64,000 nt of DNA from Armatimonadota bacterium (GCA_039811685.1 JBDHZC010000006.1:129128-193127), one strand, 5' to 3'. Shown: positions 48,494 to 58,335, counted from the first letter of the stretch. Numbers and translations: made by a program. Notes: a model not told the origin generated them from the letters alone.

Positions 48494-49960
48494 ATGAAGC
48501 GTAAATGTCGGTGGGCATTTGCCGTGGCGAGCGCGCTGCTGGTTCTCCCAGCCTCTGTTTTCGCCAACGTCTACCCCACCAATCTCACTCAAAGCTCAAG
48601 TAGCCTCAATACCTACTTCGCGCAAACGGTCAACCTGGGCTACCTTCTGAATCAGGCGGCGGACGCAGGCGTCACCGTTGATATTCTCAACTCCAGCAAT
48701 GCCGTAGTGAAGACCTTTGCCCTCGGCGCGCAAAGCCAGGGTGTCCAGACGCTGAGTTGGGATGGAACAGATTCATCCAACAACCCTGTTCCAGCGGGAG
48801 ACTACTCATTCCGCGTCACCACCAGCGCCCTCGGCTTTGGTGGATGGACACAGATCAGCAACGACGGCAACGTCAATCTGCAGTTCAACTCCCCGCGCGG
48901 TGTGTCAGTCAACAGAGACCCGACCAGCCCGTACTACGGCCGCATCTTCGTGGCCAACTCGGCGGCCGGAGCTCAGGGCGACGGCATCTTCGCGCGCAAC
49001 GCGGACGGATCAGACTCGGCTCTCGGTCAGGGCAACTCAGCGTTGACGGGCGGCTTCAGCTGGGGCGCCAGCACCTCTGCCAGCCCCTACTTCATAGAAG
49101 TGGGTTCGGACAACAAGCTCTACATCTCTGACTGGTCCGACCCGCACGGTGGCATCTACCGGACTGACATGAACATCAGCAACGGTGAGCAGGTACTGGA
49201 CGGAATTGGTGATAGCGCCAATCCGAGCGTGCACGGCTCTACAGCCAGCTCTGTCATCGTTTCTGGCTCAACAGCGGGCGGTGACCTCAAAGTGTTTGCG
49301 CTGGATGAGGACATGATTCCGCATCAGGGACTGTGGGAGTGGAACATCGGCGCGGGTCCTCTTCCGTCTGCAGTTGCTCCGACACTGCTTTCCAGCCCGC
49401 TCATCAGCTTCGTGGCTGGGACCACGGTTGACCTCGCCAGAGGCCCGGCGGGCAACTTCTATCTATCGCAAAATCGCTCAGCTGGTGCTGAAGCAGGACT
49501 GTTTGTCACCGACAACACAGGCGTCAACGTGCTGTGGGATTCACTCAACGCAACACGCACGCTGTTGGGAAATCCGAGCGCGCCAGACATGTTGACCAAA
49601 GTCCGCGCTATTGCGGTTTCCAGCGATGGCAACATGCTGGTAGCAGTTGTTGACAACTCGTCTTTCTGGACGATACCGCTGGTGGGAGGCGTACCTGATC
49701 TGTCCCTGGCAGCTCTGCAGTCAGTGGGCAGCGTCAACTTCGGGCGCGACATCTCAATGGACGCGGTGGGCAACGTCTACGTGTCTTCCAGTGGCAATGC
49801 GAAGGTGAAAATCTATTCACCGGGTGGCGCCAACTCATCATTCACGGAGTCTCTGGCTCCACTGGGCGCAATTCACGTAGTTCCTGAGCCGGGTTCGCTG
49901 CTCGCTCTCGGCGCAGGCGTCGTGTCGCTGGCAGGAATTCTTCGCCGCAAGCGCGCCTGA
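48494..49960 (+). CDS. PEP-CTERM surface protein with FlgD-like Ig domain and beta-propeller
   Basis: Signal peptide, SWDGTD (FlgD-Ig), propeller-like blades and C-terminal VPEPGSLLALGAGVVSLAGILRRKRA. Confidence 0.9.
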   Translation: MKRKCRWAFAVASALLVLPASVFANVYPTNLTQSSSSLNTYFAQTVNLGYLLNQAADAGVTVDILNSSNAVVKTFALGAQSQGVQTLSWDGTDSSNNPVPAGDYSFRVTTSALGFGGWTQISNDGNVNLQFNSPRGVSVNRDPTSPYYGRIFVANSAAGAQGDGIFARNADGSDSALGQGNSALTGGFSWGASTSASPYFIEVGSDNKLYISDWSDPHGGIYRTDMNISNGEQVLDGIGDSANPSVHGSTASSVIVSGSTAGGDLKVFALDEDMIPHQGLWEWNIGAGPLPSAVAPTLLSSPLISFVAGTTVDLARGPAGNFYLSQNRSAGAEAGLFVTDNTGVNVLWDSLNATRTLLGNPSAPDMLTKVRAIAVSSDGNMLVAVVDNSSFWTIPLVGGVPDLSLAALQSVGSVNFGRDISMDAVGNVYVSSSGNAKVKIYSPGGANSSFTESLAPLGAIHVVPEPGSLLALGAGVVSLAGILRRKRA

Positions 49961-49992
49961 TCAGCTTCGGTCTTAATCAAGGGAAGCTCAAC

Positions 49993-50034
49993 AACAGGGG
50001 CGGCTCGCTTTGAGCCGCCCCTGTTTCATTTTCT
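49993..50034 (+). terminator. Intrinsic terminator (possibly bidirectional)
   Basis: AACAGGGGCGGCTC-GCTTT-GAGCCGCCCCTGTT followed by TCATTTTCT. Confidence 0.8.
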
Positions 50035-50098
50035 GTAAACGTAGAATGAGGCTAATATTGGCAGGTAACGACTGCGCTTCGAGCCTTAAGCCAGGCGT

Positions 50099-51385
50099 TC
50101 AGAAAAGCGCCGTTGCCTGCAGATAGAACCACTCGGAGCGCCCGGTTGCCCCGCCGGGCGAAGAAGACCCAGCCACCTGCTTGACAAAATCCCCCGGCCA
50201 GAAGATGGCGTAGCCGCCTTCAACACTCGCCGTCTTTGAAAGCGCTCTGCGGCCGTAGATGTCCAGCTCACGCCCCACATCTTTTCCCGCCGCACCAGTC
50301 GGGTCACGCAGCAGAACGCCAGAAGGGCCGACGTTTGGGCGCCCGGAGGCGCCGTACCAATAGTCTCGCGCATTCTGCAGACGGAAGCTGTGGATATCAG
50401 CGCCGAAGCTCCAACCGGGCGCTGGAGCATAGCGAAGGCCTGCCCGAAGATTGCGCATGTTGCGCCAGCCCTGGTTGTCCATAATGCCGTACTTATCGTG
50501 GTTAGTCGGATAGAGCTGATCGAAGGTGCGATACCTTCCAGTGCCGGTTGGGTCGCCACCGGAAGCCTCATTGGCCTCAATCATGGCCGTCCACTTCCGA
50601 TTCAGTTTATAGGACGCATCCGCATGCCATGCCCACGCGCGCACACTTCGCGCGCCGACATCGCCGAACTGATACGCCCCTTCCGCTCCTGTGTCCCAGC
50701 GCTCAAAAGCGCGCCTGAGCCGAACGCCGGGCGTATAAACGCGCACGTCCCCGGCTTTGCTGTCGCGCTTGTGAAGCAGGTAGCCATCCGTAGTGTTGCC
50801 CGGCTTTTGCACGGAGGCCGACCAGTACGCTCCCCACAGCCACGGCAGGCTCGGGCGCGGCAGCGCATCGCCCAACTGCGCGCCAAACAGATCGAGCCGT
50901 GAGGTGCGCAGATCGACGCTCACACGGGCGCCGTCAAAGGAGCGCCCAACATTGCTCCAGTTGAAGTTACCAACCAGGCGCTGATCTCCGTAGGTAAGTT
51001 CCTGACGTCCCATTCGGGCGGAAAGCTGAGAGGACATCTTCGGAACATCCACATAGAGTTGATGCACACGCAACCACGAATCCGTGCTCGAGCTCCCGGA
51101 GAGACGGGCTTTGTCATAGGAGAACTGAGGCTGGAAGAACACGGTTGCGTTGTCAGTCGTGTGTTTGATGTTCAGGCGGACGCGCGTGAACAGATCCGCC
51201 CTGTGATCGGCAAGCGGTGGAGAGAAATCTGCGTTTGAGCGGCTTTCCCAGCGTTCTCGCGCTTCGATAGATACGGTCGTTTTCGAGTCCGCAGACTTCA
51301 CAGAAACCTCCGCCACAGCCTGAGTGGCTGCGGCGAAGGCGGCAACTAGAGAAAGAACGATCCAACTCTCTGGAAATTTATACAT
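50099..51385 (-). CDS. Alginate-export-family outer-membrane beta-barrel
   Basis: Signal peptide, GRQELTYGDQRLVG..NW.N..RSFDG, FDQLYPTNH and terminal Phe. Confidence 0.85.
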   Translation of the reverse strand: MYKFPESWIVLSLVAAFAAATQAVAEVSVKSADSKTTVSIEARERWESRSNADFSPPLADHRADLFTRVRLNIKHTTDNATVFFQPQFSYDKARLSGSSSTDSWLRVHQLYVDVPKMSSQLSARMGRQELTYGDQRLVGNFNWSNVGRSFDGARVSVDLRTSRLDLFGAQLGDALPRPSLPWLWGAYWSASVQKPGNTTDGYLLHKRDSKAGDVRVYTPGVRLRRAFERWDTGAEGAYQFGDVGARSVRAWAWHADASYKLNRKWTAMIEANEASGGDPTGTGRYRTFDQLYPTNHDKYGIMDNQGWRNMRNLRAGLRYAPAPGWSFGADIHSFRLQNARDYWYGASGRPNVGPSGVLLRDPTGAAGKDVGRELDIYGRRALSKTASVEGGYAIFWPGDFVKQVAGSSSPGGATGRSEWFYLQATALF

Positions 51386-51393
51386 CAGGGTTC

Positions 51394-52464
51394 CTAGAAT
51401 CCGAACTTGTTGTAGATAAGGTGGTTTTCGCGCCCCGCAACTTTCAAAATCCCAACTGCGCCGATCTCAATCCGGTTGATAGCGTGATCCACCAGCGTGT
51501 AAGCGCCTGCCGTGCGAGCTGTCCACTCAACCATTGCGGCGCCACCCGGCGGGATGAGCGTTGTCTGAACATCTGCCTCCGGATTGATCATGGAGCCTTC
51601 AGGATAGACCTTGTCGAAGATGGCTCCGATCACATGGAAAGACGAAATCTTTGACGGACCACCATCACCCACATACAGACGGACCCTGTCGCCGACATTT
51701 GCAGTGAGCGCGTTGTCATCCATCAAGGCGCCTACTTTACCGTTGAAGACGATGTAGGTAGGCTGCTCAAGAGTGAGCTTGTCCTGTGAAAATGCCTGCA
51801 AGCCTTCCGCGCCAAAAGCGCCAACGGTGTAGAACTCACTCTGCATGACATAGTACTCCTTGTCAACAGGCGGCAGTCCTTCCTCCGGCTCGACGAGAAT
51901 CAAGCCGTACATCCCATTGGCGATATGCGTTGGCACGGGCGGCACAGCGCAGTGATAGACATACAGTCCAGGGTTGAGCAACCTGAACTGAGCTGCGGTA
52001 GTTTGCCCTGGCTGCACGATGGTGATTGCTGCTCCTCCGCCGGGTCCAGTAACGGCGTGCAGGTCTATGTTGTGCGGCATCGTGCTGTCGGCGCGGTTCG
52101 TGATGCGCAACTCCAGCATGTCACCCACGCGCGCCCGGATCATCGGACCCGGCACATGGCCATTGAACGTCCAGAAGCGGTACTGAGTCGGTTGATTGAC
52201 GCCCTCCATAAGCGTGCCGGTAATCTCCTCCGTGGTGAGATTGACTCGGACTATGGCCGGCTGGCGGCGCTTGATTGGGGGAGGAACATTGGGGGCGAAA
52301 GTCAGTTGAGCGTTTTCCGTAATGGAATAATTGTGATCCAGAAAGGCGTCACTGGCGGCAGAGGCAGTGTGCCTTGCACAACCTTGAAACAGCATGCTGC
52401 CCGTTACAGCGGCCACGACGACGGCCCCAGTCGTCCAGAGATATGCGCGGTTCGAAAATGTCAT
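51394..52464 (-). CDS. nirK: Copper-containing nitrite reductase (AniA-like, probable lipoprotein)
   Basis: HNIDLH, YHCAVPPVPTHIANGMYG, SSFHVIG and LVDH motifs. Lipobox-like LFQGC. Confidence 0.94.
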   Translation of the reverse strand: MTFSNRAYLWTTGAVVVAAVTGSMLFQGCARHTASAASDAFLDHNYSITENAQLTFAPNVPPPIKRRQPAIVRVNLTTEEITGTLMEGVNQPTQYRFWTFNGHVPGPMIRARVGDMLELRITNRADSTMPHNIDLHAVTGPGGGAAITIVQPGQTTAAQFRLLNPGLYVYHCAVPPVPTHIANGMYGLILVEPEEGLPPVDKEYYVMQSEFYTVGAFGAEGLQAFSQDKLTLEQPTYIVFNGKVGALMDDNALTANVGDRVRLYVGDGGPSKISSFHVIGAIFDKVYPEGSMINPEADVQTTLIPPGGAAMVEWTARTAGAYTLVDHAINRIEIGAVGILKVAGRENHLIYNKFGF

Positions 52465-52465
52465 T

Positions 52466-52987
52466 TCAGACTCCTCTTTTTGATCCGGAAGACATCTCTG
52501 TCTGCCTAAGGTGAACAAAGGACTGGAATAGTCCCGAATCCTGTCGCTTCAGCGAGGTCATGAGGACCAGGCGATACTCGTTCCAGATTTGCCGGCTCTC
52601 AGGTGTATCACGAGAAGAATCTGCCAGTACAGCGGCCAGCCTTTTGAAGTCTTTCTGCTTCAGAATACTGCAGGCGCCGCAGCACGGCGGGCGCATCCAG
52701 ATGGTTTTTACACCCTTCACCCACAACCGCTTTTCCGCCAACGATGGAAAGCCCGATGCGAGCCGCAGGTCTGCGTCTGTCAAAGCAAGCGGTGACTTTA
52801 CTCCCTGGGGAACAACCTCAGCCTGTCCAAGCACTGAAGTCTGACTGGCGCTCTTCTGTGTGGACTTCTGTTGAAGGTGCTCAGTCGTCATTACACTTGC
52901 GCGGATTACGGCGGCAAAGGCCACCGCCACAACCGTGCAAATAACGGCAAACCGTCCTGCAGATGGCCAATCTCTGCGTGGAATCAT
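52466..52987 (-). CDS. Hypothetical membrane-anchored protein with CCxxC motif
   Basis: N-terminal TM and PPCCGACS. The stop is 1 nt from the nirK start. Confidence 0.65.
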   Translation of the reverse strand: MIPRRDWPSAGRFAVICTVVAVAFAAVIRASVMTTEHLQQKSTQKSASQTSVLGQAEVVPQGVKSPLALTDADLRLASGFPSLAEKRLWVKGVKTIWMRPPCCGACSILKQKDFKRLAAVLADSSRDTPESRQIWNEYRLVLMTSLKRQDSGLFQSFVHLRQTEMSSGSKRGV

Positions 52988-53065
52988 TCCTGTGTACCTC
53001 TTTGCGCTCCAAATAGATCCCGAAGCGCTCCAACAGCATTATGATAGAGAAAAAGCGAACTTTGC

Positions 53066-53084
53066 GATATTTTTTATAAATATC
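53066..53084. promoter_or_regulatory. 19-bp palindromic operator upstream of the nirK operon
   Basis: GATATTT-TTTAT-AAATATC in an AT-rich promoter region. Confidence 0.55.
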
Positions 53085-53329
53085 CTGATTAAAGTACCCA
53101 AGGACACTAGTACTTTCGTGCTATTGCGCTCGTGTCACCGATCTCAGGTCTCGTGCGAAGGCGGAAGCTGTGGTATCATGCTTTTCGGAACACTCGGAGC
53201 TGGTGACTGGCCATTTATCCGGCTCGTGGACTCTTGCGTCGCAGCCGAGACCCATCGCCGCTATCCCGTAGCCGCGCTTTTGCGCTTCCAAGCGCCAGCG
53301 CGCTGACACGACGTGAGGAAATCACAATC

Positions 53330-56300
53330 ATGAAGTTTACGGCACTCTTCCTATCCCTGGCGCTGTCAGGGCACCTGGCCGCGGCAACCGTGCCGGCTGT
53401 TGCGACCCCTCTGTTTGGCTTTGTAACAGTGACCGGAGACGACGGTGGAGATGACGCAGGGCCAGACCCACGTGTTGTCGGAGAGGCTCTCAAATATAGC
53501 GGCGCGACGGCAATCCGGGCCACTAAAGAGGAGGCCGCCTACTTCCCCCTGCTTGGACGCCTGGGCGCAGGGTACGCTCATCGAGGAACCAAAGCCTCCG
53601 ACATCCAGTACTTCAACAGCCTCGGCTACACCAATTTCATCTTTGAAAACGAGCCGGATGGCCGCAACGACCCAAACTGGGCGACGGACTACATGAATGC
53701 GTTGTCCGCTTTCTATCCCCTGATGAAAGGCGTCGGCTCCTCAAACAAGGTTATTGGAGGGAATCTCTTCACACAGAGCCTCAATCTGCTGTACGACCGC
53801 AACTTCAAGAACGTCAGCGACTACATCGGCTATCACAACTACTCCGACGACCCCGCGACTGGCATCAACATTGGCGAAGCAGGGTACGTTCACGGGGTCG
53901 CTGTCGCCAGGGGTGACGGCAACAAGAAGATTTTCTTTGGCGAGGGATGGGGTCCGAAACGTGAGATTGCCGGGCTTAAGCGACTCTTTCCAGACGCGGA
54001 GATATCGGCTGCAGAGATCTCAACGCTGCGCAATTTCGTCGTTAATGGGTACTGGAATCTGGTCACGCAGACTGGCAGCTACGACCCCAACTGGGTACTG
54101 GGCGCCCTGTTCTTCACCTCCAACGACAACTGGGGAGGACGCCACTGGGCGGACCGGGCGGTCCCGGAGTACGACGGCCAGGGCAATATCGTGTCCTACC
54201 GTGTGGATGGCTACAGCGTTGGGCTGGACATTTTTCCGCATTTCTACAATGGCGGGATTCTGGACATCTATGGCAACGCCAAAGACAACATCTGGGACAT
54301 TTTTCCGGGTGCGGGTCTGGCGGTTAACAATAGTGGATTTGAATACTACAACCTGCTCACTCCGGCTGTCGCATCGGACTGGACTGCCAACGTTGGAGGC
54401 GCGCCGGCAGCAAACTTCTCCATAGACGCCAGCGTCCGGCACGGTGGACAGCTTTCGCAAAGGCTGAACCTCACATCTACAGGCCAACTCTCTGTTTCAA
54501 CGGACACAGTGAAGGCTTCGGTGGCGCAAGGCCAGGTCATTACACTTACGGCCTGGGTGAAGACCTGGAACGTGGTCAAAGGAGGCGATCGGGGCGCGGC
54601 GATCAAGCTCGACTTTCTCAACAGCTCCGGCAATCTCATCGGGTTCGGGACATGGCCGGCTGGACTGGAGGGCACGAGGGACTGGACGAAGCTGACTGTT
54701 TCCGCCGCAGCGCCAAGTGGCGCGACAAAGGTTCGGGCGACATGCGCGCTCTATGGAACGTCCGGGAGAGCGTGGTTTGACGACGTGGAGGTATCGCTGG
54801 CGGGCGCCGGCGCGTCAACACTGCGCGGCTATGTGTTGGATTCCAACCGGCAGGCGCTTCCCGGAGCGACTGTGACAACGACCTCCGGAGGTTTCACTGG
54901 CGCCACAGACAACAACGGTTATTTTACAATCAGCGGCGTAGAGCCAGGCGTTTACGACGTAACGGCCTCAAAAGCCGGATATTCGGCGCAGACAGTAAAG
55001 GCTCAAGTTGCTCTGCCCGGGAAAAACCGGGTGCTGGGCTATCAGATTCCAGCGGCCAGCTCCAGCTTGCCGAGCGGAGTTACTGTTACAGATCCAGCCA
55101 TCGGAGGAACACTCAAGATTTCCTGGACGAATCCTGCAGGTCCGTTCGACTGCATTCGCATCTACAGATCCTCTGACCCGGCGCAGCTTGGATCACTTGC
55201 TTACGATAACGTACAGAGCAGCCCCCTGTGGGACACTGGACTCTCTGATGGTGTTAAGTACAGCTACACGGTCCGGGCGGTTAAGAACGGAATCGAGACT
55301 ACCAACAAAGATAGAACGTACGGAGTGCCCACAGGCGGTATTAACGTCCAGACCTACAGCAACTACGGCCCGGCCATCTTCAACCACTGGGCAGCGGACT
55401 ATGGCCAGACGTTCAAAGCCACGCAGACCGGTAGCATCTCCAGCGCCTCCTGTACTCCGGGATTTGGAGGCGGCGGCGGCACAAATCTAACCTTCTCGAT
55501 TCGCGCAGGAGGGCCAACAGGAACGCAGATCGGACCATCGCGCACCAAAGCAGGGTCGGGTGACAGTGAGTGCACCGTCACCTGGAATCCGGGTGAGATC
55601 CCTGTGGTGCAAGGGCAGACGTACTATCTGAGCGTCGTCGGCGCAGGGGGATTCGCCGCTTACAGAAGCGGCAACATCTACCCGAACGGGCAGATGTACA
55701 TGAACGGATCACCCATGTCCGATCAATCCAGCGATCTGTGGTCCACCATCACCATTGTGCAGCAAAGCGGTGTGAGGATATTCGACATCAAAGCCAAGCG
55801 CACCGGGCCAGGCTCTGTCACGGTAAGCTGGCAGACCAGCGCTCCGTCCACAGGGCAGGTGGAGTACGGGACTACAGAAAGCTACGGATCGCTCTCAGCA
55901 ACACACTCGACGCTCAGTGACAGTCACAGCATCACATTGAGCAATCTTTTGCCAGAGACTGAGTATCACTTCCGTACGCTTTCCAACCGGCCAAACTCAC
56001 CTGACAGCCTCAGCCTGGATTATACGTTCACCACAAGCGCGGCTATTCTGGTGACAGACGCCGCGGAAGCAAAGGCTTGCCCGGACGGCACGAGACTGAC
56101 AATGAACGGAGTTGTCTCAGCATCCTTTTCTGGATACTTCTATCTACAGGGGCCTTCATCGACGTGCGGAATCCGTGTGGAGCAACCTGAACACGGGCTA
56201 TCCACAGGTGCGGCTGTCAGTGTGACCGGCGCTCTGGCCACGAACGCAGATGGAGAACGCTTTATCCAGGCTTCGGACTCACAGACCGGCGGGATGGACA

Positions 56301-56668
56301 TAGTACTTCCACTTCACATCGGTAACCGGGCCATCGGAGGCGAAAATGCGCAGTATGATGCAGGAAGTGGCGCGGGGCAGCAGGGTGTCACCGGCGGAGT
56401 GGGCCTGAACAATATCGGGCTGCTCGTGACAACCTGGGGTACAGTTACGGGGTCCGGAAGCGGCTATTTCTACATCGACGACGGCTCAGGTCTAGAGGAC
56501 GCGTCTGGACTGCGGGGCTTGCGGGTGGTGACAAACGGCGCAAGCTCTCCAGCCACAGGGAAAATGGCGCGTGTTACCGGGCCAGTCTCCTGCTTTCGAA
56601 ACTCTGGAGGCGTGCAGAGACGGGTGCTCCTGCGGTCACCTGTAGATGTGACTCTCTTGAATCCTTAG
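53330..56668 (+). CDS. Secreted multidomain clan GH-A glycoside hydrolase (GH + CBM-like + carboxypeptidase-regulatory-like + FN3/Ig domains + duplicated C-terminal module)
   Basis: Signal peptide, FENEPD (acid/base) and FFGEGWG (nucleophile) motifs, NSGFE...WFDDV CBM-like domain, GVYDVTASKAGY and FN3-like segments. Confidence 0.8.
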   Translation: MKFTALFLSLALSGHLAAATVPAVATPLFGFVTVTGDDGGDDAGPDPRVVGEALKYSGATAIRATKEEAAYFPLLGRLGAGYAHRGTKASDIQYFNSLGYTNFIFENEPDGRNDPNWATDYMNALSAFYPLMKGVGSSNKVIGGNLFTQSLNLLYDRNFKNVSDYIGYHNYSDDPATGINIGEAGYVHGVAVARGDGNKKIFFGEGWGPKREIAGLKRLFPDAEISAAEISTLRNFVVNGYWNLVTQTGSYDPNWVLGALFFTSNDNWGGRHWADRAVPEYDGQGNIVSYRVDGYSVGLDIFPHFYNGGILDIYGNAKDNIWDIFPGAGLAVNNSGFEYYNLLTPAVASDWTANVGGAPAANFSIDASVRHGGQLSQRLNLTSTGQLSVSTDTVKASVAQGQVITLTAWVKTWNVVKGGDRGAAIKLDFLNSSGNLIGFGTWPAGLEGTRDWTKLTVSAAAPSGATKVRATCALYGTSGRAWFDDVEVSLAGAGASTLRGYVLDSNRQALPGATVTTTSGGFTGATDNNGYFTISGVEPGVYDVTASKAGYSAQTVKAQVALPGKNRVLGYQIPAASSSLPSGVTVTDPAIGGTLKISWTNPAGPFDCIRIYRSSDPAQLGSLAYDNVQSSPLWDTGLSDGVKYSYTVRAVKNGIETTNKDRTYGVPTGGINVQTYSNYGPAIFNHWAADYGQTFKATQTGSISSASCTPGFGGGGGTNLTFSIRAGGPTGTQIGPSRTKAGSGDSECTVTWNPGEIPVVQGQTYYLSVVGAGGFAAYRSGNIYPNGQMYMNGSPMSDQSSDLWSTITIVQQSGVRIFDIKAKRTGPGSVTVSWQTSAPSTGQVEYGTTESYGSLSATHSTLSDSHSITLSNLLPETEYHFRTLSNRPNSPDSLSLDYTFTTSAAILVTDAAEAKACPDGTRLTMNGVVSASFSGYFYLQGPSSTCGIRVEQPEHGLSTGAAVSVTGALATNADGERFIQASDSQTGGMDIVLPLHIGNRAIGGENAQYDAGSGAGQQGVTGGVGLNNIGLLVTTWGTVTGSGSGYFYIDDGSGLEDASGLRGLRVVTNGASSPATGKMARVTGPVSCFRNSGGVQRRVLLRSPVDVTLLNP

Positions 56669-56842
56669 CGCATGGCCTTTTGATAAGGCTGCTTGCTTGA
56701 CACAGAACATTCCTCAAAATGTCCACAAAAAGTCACACCTGACATCCGGCCGTGCAGTACAATAGTAATTGGTCCTCTTGATACTCATAAAGCGAGAGCA
56801 CAGGCCGAAGGCCAGCCCGCGGGACCAAAAGGAGAGAATGAA

Positions 56843-57604
56843 ATGAGAGTTTCCACACTCGCTGCCGTGGCTGCCATGGCGATCTGCGCCGCTGGCATCG
56901 CTCCGGCATCCGCCAACTTCAGTGACAACTTCGAGGGTGGCGTGAACGGGTCTGTCTGGACAAAGTGGACTGGTAGCAGCCAGGAAATCCTCCAGTCGAG
57001 CGACAGCCACAATCACACTTCTGGTGGTTCCAAGTCGGCCCTCGCCTGGCAGGCTGATCCCACCGCCTACAGCGCCTATGCCGATTTCGGAAGTACCGAC
57101 GGGTTTGTCCGCGCTGACGTGTGGGTGTTCGAGGATCTCAGCAATCCGGGAACCAATCCCGCCCAGCCCGTTACCAACATGCTCTGCCTCATCGGTGATA
57201 CCGGCGGCGCCGTCGGTTTTGGCGCTGACTATCTTCAGGTTGGCGTCGTACCGTTCTGGCCGGGTGGCAGCACCACCTATGGCTGGAGATCAAAGTGGGG
57301 TGACGCCAACCAGGGTGGTTCCCAGAGCGTAGGCATTTCGCGCAAGCAGGGCTGGACGCATCTGGCGATCGAGGCTGACGCGCTTGGCGCCGGCGGCCAG
57401 GTCCGCTTCTACATTGATGGCACACAGGTCGGTACAACACAGCGCAGCGCCAACAATCTGCGCTGGGTGCGCCTGGGCAACAACTCCAAGAGCTACGAGA
57501 ACTTCTGGTATGATGATGTGAACGTGGTTCCGGAGCCCGGATCGATCCTGGCGCTGGGCGCTGGCCTTATGGGCTTCGCAGGCGTCATTCGCCGCCGCAA
57601 GTAA
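56843..57604 (+). CDS. PEP-CTERM protein with lectin/ConA-like domain
   Basis: Signal peptide, FSDNFE...WTHLAI...FYIDG...WYDDV and VPEPGSILALGAGLMGFAGVIRRRK. Confidence 0.9.
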   Translation: MRVSTLAAVAAMAICAAGIAPASANFSDNFEGGVNGSVWTKWTGSSQEILQSSDSHNHTSGGSKSALAWQADPTAYSAYADFGSTDGFVRADVWVFEDLSNPGTNPAQPVTNMLCLIGDTGGAVGFGADYLQVGVVPFWPGGSTTYGWRSKWGDANQGGSQSVGISRKQGWTHLAIEADALGAGGQVRFYIDGTQVGTTQRSANNLRWVRLGNNSKSYENFWYDDVNVVPEPGSILALGAGLMGFAGVIRRRK

Positions 57605-57644
57605 TCTTGCCTTTGCCGCTTCGAGCGGCTTTTAGTTCTGAAAG

Positions 57645-57673
57645 AAGGCCGCGCCGCCATCAGGCGCGGCCTT
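57645..57673. terminator. Hairpin between convergent genes
   Basis: AAGGCCGCGCC-N7-GGCGCGGCCTT. A second small hairpin with TTTT lies at 57615-57633. Confidence 0.7.
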
Positions 57674-57677
57674 TGCG

Positions 57678-58235
57678 TTACTGGAGGGTCCTGATGCGAA
57701 TGTTGCGGAACCAGACGTGGTCGCCTTCGTTGTGGTTCTGGATTCCGACGTAGCCCTTCAAAGCGCGGTCGCTTCGGTAATCACAGACGGCCTCTCCGTT
57801 TACGCTGACCGTGTACTGCGGGCCCATACACTGAATCTGCATTGTATTCCACTCACCAGCCGGTTTTGTGGCTATGTGCGTAGCAGGTGCAAAACTGTAC
57901 ACGGCGCCTGTTTGCGCCATTGGATCTTCCGCCGTGTCCATAATCTGAATCTCGTGTCCTTCGTTGACGGGATTCCACGGGTCGCCGCGCGGTTCGGGAA
58001 AACGAACAAAGACTCCGGAATTTGAATGCGGAGCCTCCATCTTGAAATCTACACAGAGTACAAAGTCCGAAAAATCCTCCGGAGTATACCAGAGCAGGCC
58101 CATCCCGCCTTCCGAGCGCAGAGACAGATCGGGTTCCTGAACGAACTCACCCGGCCCGATCATGGCCCACTGATCCAGATTCTTACCGTCAAATATCAGT
58201 CGAAAGCCTTCTTCGACCGGCGGCCAACTCGACAT
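57678..58235 (-). CDS. DUF1080 (3-keto-disaccharide hydrolase) family protein
   Basis: IFDGKNLDQW, NSGVF, EIQI.D, GEWN, GIQNH and FRNIRI motifs. Confidence 0.9.
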   Translation of the reverse strand: MSSWPPVEEGFRLIFDGKNLDQWAMIGPGEFVQEPDLSLRSEGGMGLLWYTPEDFSDFVLCVDFKMEAPHSNSGVFVRFPEPRGDPWNPVNEGHEIQIMDTAEDPMAQTGAVYSFAPATHIATKPAGEWNTMQIQCMGPQYTVSVNGEAVCDYRSDRALKGYVGIQNHNEGDHVWFRNIRIRTLQ

Positions 58236-58335
58236 TGTTTACTCCTCCAAAATCTAGCGTTCCCCAGGGAACTGCAAAGTCAACTGCCACTGGAAACTAC
58301 GGCCGATTGCTTCGGTATGACGCGGTCCTGCGCGT

